From positions 37,448,001-37,512,000 of the forward strand of contig OX597833.1 in NCBI GenBank assembly GCA_951406725.2: a stretch of 64,000 nt of DNA, in the 5' to 3' direction. The notes beneath the pieces were generated by a model. It did no database searches. It was not told the origin of the DNA and saw only the letters and a program-made list of their open reading frames with translations. Below are positions 40,144 to 50,577 of this stretch, piece by piece (position 1 is the first letter of the stretch; each line of letters starts with the position of its first letter). The translations under genes and the position numbers were made by a program. This stretch comes from Octopus vulgaris (Eukaryota).

Positions 40144-41070
40144 GCATATCATCATCATCTTTTAACGTCCATTTTCTGTGCTGGCATGGGTTGGACGGTT
40201 TGACAGGGGCCAACAAGCCAGGGGCTACATCTAGCACCCATCTGGTTTGGTATGGTCTTGTAGCTGGATGCCCTTCCTCGTGCCACCACTTAGCATAGAC
40301 TGAGTGTTTTTCCATGGCACCACACAGGAGCATGGTTTTAAAGTCCTTCCTAACGCCACTACTTTGCAGTGTGGACTGAGTGCTTTTACGTGGCACTACA
40401 CGGTAGCATAGTTTCAATGGCTAGATACCTTGGAGCAAGTTGACTGGGAATCTGGGGCCCACCTAAATTGTTCCCAATTGGGCCCCACACCTCCAAAGGC
40501 TGGCCCTGAATACCATGAAGTTCTTTCCACAGTTTTTAGATAACACTTGACAAAAAGTAACCTTGACCCATGTGACTTCACAATTAAAACATTAATCAAA
40601 ATACCAATTTTCATAAGAAATAGTTAAAAATCTAACAAAATATGTCTCTTCTGGTTTGCAATAATAGCCACAGTATAGGCCTACTCACTGACAAATTCCA
40701 CTATTATGAGATATGTATGATATCAAGGATCACAGAAGTGTGTTGTTTTTTAACATGTAATTGTATAAAGGACATTTAAAACTTGTTAGGTTGAAAATAT
40801 TGAAAGTTACTCAAGTAACTTTTTATTTTCTAAAGATACTTAAATCATGACTTTTGATTTCGCCTTTATAGTTGCATTTACTTTAAATAATATTGAAAGA
40901 CTATATTTCAATATTATGTCAAGCTCCATACATAGATCTGCATTTGATGAAGTCAAATCTATCCTTAGAAATGATGACAATACTGGAAACATTGCAAAAT
41001 GGAACATGTGAGTCTGTGAAAAATCTGGGCATGACAGGGCAAAATGGATTTCATTTTGAAGTCAGCCCTA

Positions 41071-41490
41071 CACTCTCTTTACTCTTTTACTCTTTTACTT
41101 GTTTCAGTCATTTGACTGCGGCCATGCTGGAGCACCGCCTTTAATCGAACAACTCGACCCTGGGACTTATTCTTTGTGAGCCCAGTACTTATTCTATCGG
41201 TCTCTTTTGCCGAACTGCTAAGTGACGGGGACATAAACACACCAGCATCGGTTGTCAAGCAATGCTAGGGGGACAAACACAGACACACAAACATGCACAC
41301 ACACATATATATATATATACATATATACGACAGGCTTCTTTCAGTTTCCTTCTACCAAATCCACTCACAAGGCTTTGGTCGGCCCGAGGCTATAGTAGAA
41401 GACACTTGCCCAAGATGCCACGCAGTGGGACTGAACCCTGAACCATGTGGTTGGTAAACAAGCTACTTACCACACAGCCACTCCTGCACC
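41071..41490 (-). mobile_element. SINE family A
   Basis: Full copy with (AAAGAGTA)n tail. Confidence 0.92.
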
Positions 41491-41809
41491 CTTCCAAATT
41501 ACTAGGAAACATGTTTCCAACACCAGACAACAAAAATCATTCCCCAGTGTAATCGATGCACTCATTTTTTTTATCTGTGTGGTAAGAAGTTTGCTATTAT
41601 TGGATTGGCTTCCAGCCATGACCATCTCATTTTAATTTCTGGGCATTGATACCAGTAATTTTTGTTTGAAAGTGACTTGGATGCTATTGGGGATAGATAG
41701 AATAATTGCATCAAAGCTTCCTTGTTGGTTCAGGTCTGCTTGGTAGCATGTATAATATAATTCATGCAGTAAACTGATGCTGTTTCCTACACTAGACATA
41801 CATACATGC

Positions 41810-41841
<32 letters not shown>

Positions 41842-41842
<1 letters not shown>

Positions 41843-42050
41843 GTAAATCCAAAAAAGAAGAACAACAAACACAAGAAAACAACAACGTGAGGACATGGTA
41901 CATATAAAGTATTAGCAGATGCTCAGGGAAGGAAAGAAAAATGGTTTAACGTTTCGAGCAACGCTTTTCTTCAGAAACAGAGGAAAGTCCAATAGAAAGG
42001 AAGAAAGAGGAAGAAAATCACCAACGATTCACATGTGGCTACATTTTGAA
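41842..42050 (-). repeat. Solo PLE pLTR with HHR motif (41944-41978, canonical CUGAAGA core)
   Basis: rc GTTT-CTGAAGA-A-AAGC-GTT-GCTC-GAAA-CG-TT-AAAC, followed by CCCTGAGC..CTAATAC as in the 43551 pLTR; ends in (TA)n. Confidence 0.75.
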
Positions 42051-42237
42051 ATGACCACAAGAGACAGTCATGCAAGCAGGAAAAACAGAACTCAGAATAT
42101 AAATATGTATATTTTTATTAATATTTAACAGAAGCAATACCATCACAGTCATTACTGTGATGTGTGGTTGAGCACCCCGCCGCTTATTCTGGGATATGTG
42201 GATCATCAACCCTCCTTGTTCATCATCTGCTCCTTAA

Positions 42238-42457
42238 CCTTTTAGCATTTAATCTGGCCATATATAGCCCAAATATTCTACATGTTTTATGTTCATGATA
42301 GCTAGAACTGGCTGCTCACATCTCCCCTACAATGTCATTCCAAAAACTGATGATCACATCATTGAAATCTCAAAGCTACAACATAACACAGAATGAATTC
42401 AAAATGATGTGAATAAATTAACATTAGATTTAATAAAGTAACCTGGATGCTAAAAGG
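42238..42457. mobile_element. piggyBac-like MITE
   Basis: TTAA|CCTTTTAGCAT ... ATGCTAAAAGG|TTAA. Confidence 0.82.
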
Positions 42458-42659
42458 TTAATCCTTCCCACACCATGTTTCCTTTTCTTTCTTATCTTTC
42501 TTCTTTCCTGTTTCTTTCAAACGAAATAAGAACTTTTCAAGTTCAACATCAAGTTGCATTTTTGTCCCTCCTCATTACTTCTACCACTACTGTAATGGCC
42601 TCTACTTCCTTTCACTTGTTAATTTTATGCTTTTATCATCTTTTATTGCCTTTTTAGAT

Positions 42660-42800
42660 ACGGTTGTAGTAAGAAGCTTACTTCTCAGCCACATGGTTCC
42701 AGGTTCAGTCACACTGTATGGCTCCTTGGACAAGAGTCTTCTGCTATAGCTTTGTGAGTAGATTTGGTAGACAGAAACTGAAATAAGTCCATCATATATG
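42660..42800 (+). mobile_element. 5' half of an old SINE A; 3' half resumes at ~48290-48678
   Basis: Head ends at the internal (TA)n; matching 3' half follows the PLE. Confidence 0.7.
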
Positions 42801-42872
42801 TGTATGTATATATATATATATATAATATTCATAGCCACTTTAACATGGCTGTCAGTTCGAACAGACTCTACT

Positions 42873-43093
42873 ACTCTCTCTTTTACTCTTTTACTTGTTT
42901 CAGTCATTTGACTGCGGCCATGCTGGAGCACCGCCTTTAGTCGAGCAAATCGACCCCGGGACTTATTCTTTGTAAGCCCAGTACTTATTCTATTGGTCTC
43001 TTTTTGCCGATCTGCTAAGTGACGGGGACGTAAACACACCAGCATCAGTTGTCAAGCAATGCTAGAGGGACAAACACAGACACACAAACACAT

Positions 43094-43131
<38 letters not shown>

Positions 43132-43282
43132 GACAGGCTTCTTTCAGTTTCCATCTACCAAATCCACTCACAAGGCATTGGTCGGCCCGGGGCTATAGCA
43201 GAAGACACTTGCCCAAGATGCCATGCAGTGAGAATGAACCCGGAACCATGTGGTTGGTAAACAAGCTACTTACCACACAGCC
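42873..43282 (-). mobile_element. SINE family A flanked by a 51-bp direct duplication
   Basis: 42822-42872 = 43283-43333 (one mismatch). Confidence 0.9.
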
Positions 43283-43283
43283 A

Positions 43284-43485
43284 TAATATTCATAGCCACT
43301 TTAACATGGCTGTCAGTTTGAACAGACTCTACTGTGATTTTTTAACCCCAAGAGGACATCTCATTTAGCTGGTTAACAACACAGCTGCATCGTTAACCAG
43401 CTAGAGGAGATGTCCTCTTGGGGTTAAAAAATTGCAGTAGAGTCTGTTCGAACAGACAGCCATGTTAAAGTGGCTACAAATATTA
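43284..43485. repeat. Foldback hairpin, 94-bp arms (43284-43377 / 43392-43485)
   Basis: TAGCCACTTTAACATGGCTGTC..TTTTTTAACCCCAAGAGGACATCTC..TAGCTGGTTAAC and its reverse complement. Confidence 0.93.
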
Positions 43486-43710
43486 CTTGTCAGTACAACT
43501 ACTGCATTGATCTCTTAGAGAGATTTTTAGAACCAGCATTTTTGCTTGTTATAGCTGGTCATTCAACTCTATTATCTCCCCTTATTTTGCTCTCACGTCT
43601 CATGTTTGATCTTTGACCTCTGGCCGAAATCAGATCGCCATGTTGATTCGTTAGTTACTGCACGCATTTTTTTCTCTCCTTCTTTCTGTGTTTTTTTCTC
43701 TCTCTGTGTA

Positions 43711-43748
43711 TCTTTCTGTTGAAGAGCGTAGGCTCGAAACGTTAAAGA
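43711..43748 (+). ncRNA. Minimal type I hammerhead ribozyme motif, 5' pLTR
   Basis: TCTTT-CTGTTGA-A-GAGC-GTAG-GCTC-GAAA-CG-TT-AAAGA: 5-bp stem I, 4-bp stem II, palindromic ACGT stem III (dimer type). Confidence 0.85.
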
Positions 43749-44458
43749 CTTGTTTTATTTATATTTCCTGAGCGCCATACTAATACAATTGTTTGTTTGT
43801 TTTCCACCTGCCTTCGTCTTTTGTCTATTTTCATAAAGCTTCCCGTTATATATTATGCACTCACGTGGTCTCACTTTCATCCTATATTCTACCAATACCA
43901 CTATCAACACTTACCTCTACCTTGGATTTTCTTTACCTCTTGGATACTTACCATTGGCTGCACCTCTCTTTCGCGGATCAAAGTGACTTTGCATTGATGT
44001 GAAATCCTCAAAAAATATACCATGATGTCTACACATTTCTCACCTTGAACTTTCAACTTTGAACTTGTTCACATAAACTGTCCCGTTTGTTGTATTTTTA
44101 TTTTCTCATATATTACCACTTTTTTTACATTCATTTCATGCTTTCCACATTTTCCTGCATTTTTGTTCTCCTTTCCGTCTTTCTTCCCTCTCTGGATGTC
44201 CATACTCTGTTTCCTCTGCCTGCACCCCCCTTTTTTTGCCTCCCCCTCTCTCTGCTTCCCTTCTTTCTTTCCCTTTTCCGTTTGCCCCGTCTTTTCTGCC
44301 CCTATCGCTTACTTATCTAGTTTTTTTCATACAATTATTATTTTTTGTTTTTTTGAACGTTTGTTTTTTCCCCTTTTTTCGCTATCCTTTTTTTCTATTT
44401 TTTTCATACGATAATTTTTTGTTTTTTCGAACGTTTGTTTTTTTTCCGCTATCCCATC

Positions 44459-47359
44459 ATGCCAGATCCTAGGTCCTACCTCCTCACCCTCCATCACCGT
44501 TTGAAGGATCATCTCCGTTCGTTTCCTGTATATTGCCTTCAGCCGTCCGTTAATCTCTCTCTACTTCTTTTTAAAAAAACCCGCTTCTCTAGCCATGTCT
44601 CTTTCCTAAGCCGCTGCCTACATCACCGACTCATCCCTAAAGGTTTCCGCCTCCACTTCCACCCTGCTCTCCACTCGGATTCTTCCATCTTACCCATACT
44701 CCACACCACATCTTACCGCCTTATGCGGGCCACCATTCGCTCCAATCTCTCTAAACTACATGCCATCAACCGCCTTCTTCCTCCTGCTTTCTCCACCTTC
44801 TTCTCCTCTCTACCGCCTCTCTATGCTCCAAACACGCTACGCTTCATTATCCATTTGAATCAACTCTTCCATCAATTTCTTTCTGATACCAAACTTCGTA
44901 AACTCCAATCACTCTTCCATTCCACCCTCCCCGATGCCACTACCCCAACTCTTCCACCACCCTTCTCCCCTCCCGATAGGCTCCATCCACCCACACCTAA
45001 CCCCACTGCCCCTCCCTACAACCCCTTCTCCCCTCCCGATAGGCTCCATCCACCTACACCTAACCCTACTGCCCCCCACCACCCCCACACACCTCCCCAA
45101 TCCCCCCCTCAGACCTCCACGAGACCTACCACCCCTCCTACTTCTATTCCACCCACCCCTTCTCCACTTCCGTCTGTTGTTACCATTCCCCCCGATCTTC
45201 CCCTCTCTGCGGCTGAACGCTCCGTCCTTGGTAGGGGTCTGCGTTTCATCCCCCTCACTCCATCCTGTAAGGAATTCCAGATGCGAGTTGATGTCCACAG
45301 CTTTGTGCGCTGTGTCCGGTTGGGTGCGCATTACCACGACTCGCCACCCACACCCAACGAAGAGGACTGCTTCACTGGCCTGGGCCGCCGACCATCCCCA
45401 TGGACGCCTGCCCCTGGCCAGATCCTAGCAGTGGATCTTTTCACGGGCACTTGTCAGCGTGCATTGGAGCGGTTCAACTTCTCCAGGCGCCAACGCCGCC
45501 TCAACATCTCCCCGGCTGAGCTCTTGGCTCTTCGTTCCCTCCAACGGCGCGCTGACATTATCATCAAACCGGCTGACAAGGGTGGAGCTGTAGTGGTGTG
45601 GCGCGCGGACCTCTATAGGGCCGAGGCTTTCCGCCAACTCAATGACACCTCCTTCTATTCCCCTCTGCCCTCTAACCCCACACGTAGCTACCAGCAGACG
45701 GTATCCTCTACTGTCCGCGACCTCATCTCGTCCTCCCGTCTCCCCCGCACCGCATCCAACCTAATTGTGCGAACCCCACGTACCCCCACCATTTACTTCC
45801 TCCCCAAAATCCACAAACCCAACAACCCTGGCCGCCCCATCGTCTCCGCCTGTAACTGCCCCACGGAGCTCATCTCTAAATACCTCGACCATGTCCTTGC
45901 CCCCCTAGTGGCATCTCTTCCCTCCCACATCCACGATACCAACCATGCTCTCCGGCTTTTCAACTCTTTCTCCTTTCCTCCCGGCTCCTCCAAAATCCTT
46001 TTTACTATGGACATCCAAAGCCTCTATACTGTTATCCCTCACCACGAAGGACTGCAGGCCCTTCGACACTTTCTTGACCTCCGCTCTAACCCTGTACCTG
46101 ACACCTCCACACTCATTCGTCTGGCCGAACTTGTCCTTACTCTGAACTGCTTCTCGTTCGCGGGCGAGTTCTACCATCAGGTCTCGGGAGTGGCCATGGG
46201 AACGCGAATGGGCCCCAACTATGCGAACCTGTTCGTTGGCTATGTTGAGGCCCAAATATTCTCTAATTTCACTGGTCCCACTCCTGAACTATATGGTCGT
46301 TACATTGACGACATTATCGGTGCCACCTCACTCTCCCGTGAACATCTAGATTCCTTCCTCTCTTTCGTCCAATCTTTCCATCCAGCCCTCCACTTCACTT
46401 CCACTATCTCCAACACCTCTGTCTCCTTCCTCGACATTTCGGTTAGCATTCTTCACTCCACTCTTACCACCTCCATTCACTACAAACACACAGACTCACA
46501 CTCATACCTCAACTTCTCTTCCTCCCACCCAGAACACACCAAGCTTTCCATCCCCTATTCCCAATTCCTCCGTCTACGTAGGCTCTGTAGTGACGACCAT
46601 GACTTTGAGACTCAGTCTCAACGTATGGCTCACCACTTCACCCTGCGCGGATACCCCCTCACCACTATCCACACCGCCCTTGCCAGAGCACCGTCCGTGG
46701 ACCGTGTATCTGCTCTCTCTCCCCGAACCCGCCCTGTAGTCTCCCGCCTCCCTTTTCCCCTCACTTACCACCCCACGACCCTACGTCTCCAACGCACCAT
46801 TCTTCGAGCTTTCCGTCATCTCCAGTCCGACCCGTCCACTTCACACCTCTTCCCTAACCGACCCCTCCCCTCTTTCAAACGAGCCCACAACCTTCGAGAC
46901 CTTTTGGTCCATAGCTCCTTCCCTGACCCTACCTCCCAACCCAGCTCGTTCCCCTGCTCCCGCCCACGTTGCCGCACTTGCCCTTACATCTCCAACACCA
47001 CCCACCTCACTAGCACCCACCATCGACCCTATCCCATCATCCACACCTTCACCTGCACCTCCAGCAATATTATCTATTGCGTCTCTTGCTCTCTCTGCAA
47101 TTCCTTGTACATCGGACAAACGGGACGCCGCTTGGCTGACCGGTTCGCGGAACACCTTCGTGACATCCACCTTGCGAACGACACACCGGTCTCACGCCAT
47201 TTCCACTCCACCGGTCACTCCTTGCAACACCTATCTGTGTTCGGTTTGTCCTTACACAGAGGCCATCCGGATTCCCGTTTGCGCCGTGAACAGGAATTAA
47301 TCTTCTCTCTTCGCTCTTATACGCCATTTGGTCTCAACTCTCCCCCCCTCCTCATCTAA
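44459..47359 (+). CDS. PLE reverse transcriptase / GIY-YIG endonuclease polyprotein (966 aa from first ATG)
   Basis: KPADKGGAVVVW, YFLPKIHK..PGRPIVS, FTMDIQSLYTVIP, GVAMGTRMGPNYANLF, RYIDDI, SFLDISV, linker CSRPRCRTC, NIIYCVSCSLCNSLYIGQTGRRLADRFAEH, REQELIFSL..PFGLN; no stops. Confidence 0.97.
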   Translation: MPDPRSYLLTLHHRLKDHLRSFPVYCLQPSVNLSLLLFKKTRFSSHVSFLSRCLHHRLIPKGFRLHFHPALHSDSSILPILHTTSYRLMRATIRSNLSKLHAINRLLPPAFSTFFSSLPPLYAPNTLRFIIHLNQLFHQFLSDTKLRKLQSLFHSTLPDATTPTLPPPFSPPDRLHPPTPNPTAPPYNPFSPPDRLHPPTPNPTAPHHPHTPPQSPPQTSTRPTTPPTSIPPTPSPLPSVVTIPPDLPLSAAERSVLGRGLRFIPLTPSCKEFQMRVDVHSFVRCVRLGAHYHDSPPTPNEEDCFTGLGRRPSPWTPAPGQILAVDLFTGTCQRALERFNFSRRQRRLNISPAELLALRSLQRRADIIIKPADKGGAVVVWRADLYRAEAFRQLNDTSFYSPLPSNPTRSYQQTVSSTVRDLISSSRLPRTASNLIVRTPRTPTIYFLPKIHKPNNPGRPIVSACNCPTELISKYLDHVLAPLVASLPSHIHDTNHALRLFNSFSFPPGSSKILFTMDIQSLYTVIPHHEGLQALRHFLDLRSNPVPDTSTLIRLAELVLTLNCFSFAGEFYHQVSGVAMGTRMGPNYANLFVGYVEAQIFSNFTGPTPELYGRYIDDIIGATSLSREHLDSFLSFVQSFHPALHFTSTISNTSVSFLDISVSILHSTLTTSIHYKHTDSHSYLNFSSSHPEHTKLSIPYSQFLRLRRLCSDDHDFETQSQRMAHHFTLRGYPLTTIHTALARAPSVDRVSALSPRTRPVVSRLPFPLTYHPTTLRLQRTILRAFRHLQSDPSTSHLFPNRPLPSFKRAHNLRDLLVHSSFPDPTSQPSSFPCSRPRCRTCPYISNTTHLTSTHHRPYPIIHTFTCTSSNIIYCVSCSLCNSLYIGQTGRRLADRFAEHLRDIHLANDTPVSRHFHSTGHSLQHLSVFGLSLHRGHPDSRLRREQELIFSLRSYTPFGLNSPPLLI

Positions 47360-47960
47360 CCCTCCTCACCTATCCTCCACCCCCCGACCCCCCCTTCTTC
47401 AGTCCTTCATCCTTTCACCCCTACTCCCCTTCCCTTCTTCCCTCTTTCTCCCTCCCTCCTTCCCTCTTTCTCCCTCCCTCCTTCCCTCTTCCCCTTCCCT
47501 CTGCTCCCTCACTCCCCTTCTCTCTCCCCCTCTCCCTCCCCCTCTCCCTCTTTCCTCCTTCCTCCCCTCCTCCTCCCCTCTCCTCTCCCCCTCCTCTCCT
47601 CTTCCCCCTCTCCTCCCCCTCTCCTCCCCTCTTCTTCCCCTCCCCTTCTCCCCCTCTTCTCCCCTCCCCCTCTTCTCCTCACTACACCACACGACTTTAC
47701 ACATCACATCATATATGATGTGCCATACTAATACATACACCAACTAATACATACTAATACGTACTAATACATACTAATACATACACCAACCCTATACACA
47801 CACACGTCCAGACCCCTCATACGCACTTATACTCTCTCATACACACACACACACACTTATACATACTAATACGTACTAATACATACTAATACATACTAAT
47901 ACATACTAATACATACACCAACCCTATACATACACACGTCCAGACCCCTCCTACGCACTA
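47360..47960 (+). repeat. PLE 3' UTR: polypyrimidine tract and (TACTAATACA)n units with an internal duplication
   Basis: C/T tract ~47400-47680; CATACACCAACCCTATACA..ACGTCCAGACCCCTC occurs twice. Confidence 0.85.
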
Positions 47961-48120
47961 ATAGCTGGTCATTCAACCCTATTATCTCCCCTTATTTCGC
48001 TCTCGCGTCTCATGTTTGATCTTTGACCTCTGGCCAAAATCAGATCGCCATGTTGATTCGTTAGTTACTGCACGCATTTTTTTCTCTCCTTCTTTCTGTG
48101 TTTTTTTCTCTCTCTGTGTA

Positions 48121-48158
48121 TCTTTCTATTGAAGAGCGTAGGCTCGAAACGTTAAAGA
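48121..48158 (+). ncRNA. Hammerhead motif, 3' pLTR (G5A substitution)
   Basis: TCTTT-CTATTGA-A-GAGC-GTAG-GCTC-GAAA-CG-TT-AAAGA. Confidence 0.8.
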
Positions 48159-49332
48159 CTTGTTTTATTTATATTTCCTGAGCGCCATACTAATACAATT
48201 GTTTGTTTGTTTTCCACCTGCCTTCGTCTTTTGTCTATTTTCATAAAGCTTCCCGTTATATATATATAGATATATGTATATATTTATGTGTGTGTGTGTC
48301 TGTGTCTGTGTTTGTTCCCCTGACATCATAAACAAAAATACCCCCACAAACTTGGAGGAGGTTCAGTTAAATTACATTGACTCCAGAAGAATAAAAGGCA
48401 AAGTTGACTTTAGTGACATCTGAACACCAAATTAAACAGTTAACCCTTATTTGACAGATTACTCTGTCAAATATAAAGCTTATTTATTCACATTCATTTT
48501 GATTTTTGGTGTGTTTATGACCTCTTAACTTAGCGGTTCCTCAAAAGAGACCGATAGAAGAAGTACTAAGTTTACAAAGTATAAGTCTTGGGGTCGATTT
48601 GTTTGACTAAAACCCTTCAAGGCAGTGCTCCAGCATGGCTGCAGTCATATGAATGAAATAAGTAAAAGAATAAAAGAATGAAGAATCACCACCAGCTCAA
48701 CCACAAATATCCCTACCATGACCCCCACAACCACCACTATGATGATGATGGTGATGATGTCCATGATGATGATGATGATTATCACCATCATCATCATGAT
48801 CATCACAACCACCACCATCACCTTTACAATACAAGTGTTACCACTACCACCACCACCACCACCACCACCACCACCAAACCAACCCTAACTTCCTCATTTC
48901 TATGTTCTTTCTCCACCTTCCTGCATTTTCCCTACCATTCACTGTCTCTTCTCCTCTTTATCACTTCCTCACTTTCTTTCTATCTTTCTTTAATCTGTTA
49001 TACTTCACTTGTTTCAGTCATTGGACTGTGGCCATACTGGAGCATCATCTTGAAGGGATCAGTTGAACAGACCAAACCCAGTACATGTTTTTATTTTTCC
49101 TAAAGTTTGGTACTTATTCTGTTGGACTCTTTTGCTGAACAGCTAAGTTAAGGGGATGTAAACAAACCAATACATGTTGTCAAATGGTGGTGGAGAACCT
49201 TTCCCCACCTCTTTCTCTCTTTTACTTTTCCACTTCCTCTCACCACCCCTCTTACATTTCTTTTCGCATCTTCTACCTCACCTAACACTCTTACTTTCCC
49301 TCTCTCCCTCTCTCTTATTCTACCCCTTATCT

Positions 49333-49565
49333 TATTTCTTTATTGCCCACAAGAGGCTAAACATAGAAGGGATCAACAAGGATAGACAAATGGATTAAGT
49401 CGATTACATCAACCCCAGTGCATAACTGGTACTTAATTTATCTACCCTGAAAGGATGAAAGGCAAAGACGACGTCGGTGGAATTTGAACTCAGAACGTAA
49501 CCGCAGACGAAATACCACTAAGCATTTCACCCGGCATGCTAACATTTCTGCCAACTCGCTGCCTT
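49333..49565 (-). mobile_element. SINE family C with 15-bp TSD
   Basis: TTCTACCCCTTATCT at 49318-49332 and 49566-49580. Confidence 0.9.
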
Positions 49566-49929
49566 TTCTACCCCTTATCTGTTTTGGCTCCTGGCCTTGC
49601 CAGTTCCTATCAAGTCATCCAACCCATGCCAGCATGGAAAACGAACTTTAAATGTTGATGATAATGATGATGATGATGATGATGGTGGCCTCTCCTTCTA
49701 CACCCAATCTCCTACCCCTCCCATTACGCACACTTATTGTCTGCTCAATCAATTTCTTAAAAACAAAACTGATAAAAGGCAAGAATGTTGGCTTTTACAA
49801 ATTCTTTAAATTTAACCAAACTTTTCAGGTGGCTGGAAGCCAACTTTTCACATTTGAAAACATCATTCTCATTAAAACCAGGCTGAAAGCAAAGGTAGCT
49901 TTTATTCCGTTAGAAATCTCCAATACAAC

Positions 49930-50277
49930 TACTGCCACCACTGCTGCTGCTGCCACCACTGCTGCTGCCACTGCTGCTGCCACTGCCACTGCCACTGCTG
50001 CTGCCACTGCCACTGCTGCTGCCACTGCCACTGCTGCTGCTGCCACTGCTGCTGCTGCCACTGCTGCTGCTGCCACTGCCACTGCCACTGCCACTGCCAC
50101 TGCTGCTGCCACAGCCACTGCTGCTGCCACTGCCACTGCCACTGCTACTGCTGCTGCCACTGCCACTGCTGCTGCCACTGCCACTGCCACTGCTGCTGCT
50201 GCCACTGCCATTGCCACTGCCACTGCCGCTGCCACTGCCACTGCCGCTACTGCTGCTGCTGCTGCCACTGCTACTAT
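49930..50277. repeat. Compound (GCT/GCC/ACT) trinucleotide tract
   Basis: ~350 bp of GCCACT and GCT units; followed by (TCC)n(TCA)n(GCA)n and (ACT)n. Confidence 0.95.
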
Positions 50278-50399
50278 CATCAACATTAACATCATTACCT
50301 CTACCATCACAACTATCACAAACATCTGGTTGATTATCATCATCACTATTACTGCCCCCACAACCCCATCCTCCTCCTCCTCCTCCTCCTCCTCCTCAT

Positions 50400-50430
<31 letters not shown>

Positions 50431-50521
50431 AGCAGCAACAGTTTTGTTACTACTTCAGTTGTTATTGTTGCAATGACTAATAAATAATATTAAGAATGAT
50501 GTTGTTATTGAATTTAAATAA

Positions 50522-50577
<56 letters not shown>

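Larger units (their letters stand above)
43551..48263 (+). mobile_element. Apparently intact Penelope-like element (Neptune-type) with direct pseudo-LTRs
   Basis: 303-bp direct repeats 43551-43853 and 47961-48263 (5 substitutions by eye) flank an uninterrupted RT+GIY-YIG ORF; the 3' end abuts (TA)n. Confidence 0.96.

Noticed and set aside
40969-41007. Possible 39-bp micro-exon (TTAG|...|GTGAGT)
   Set aside because: Weak polypyrimidine tract, no recognisable peptide and no partner exons; needs RNA-seq.
44909-47743. Antisense and alternate-frame ORFs over the PLE
   Set aside because: Shadows of the C-rich coding strand and polypyrimidine tract.
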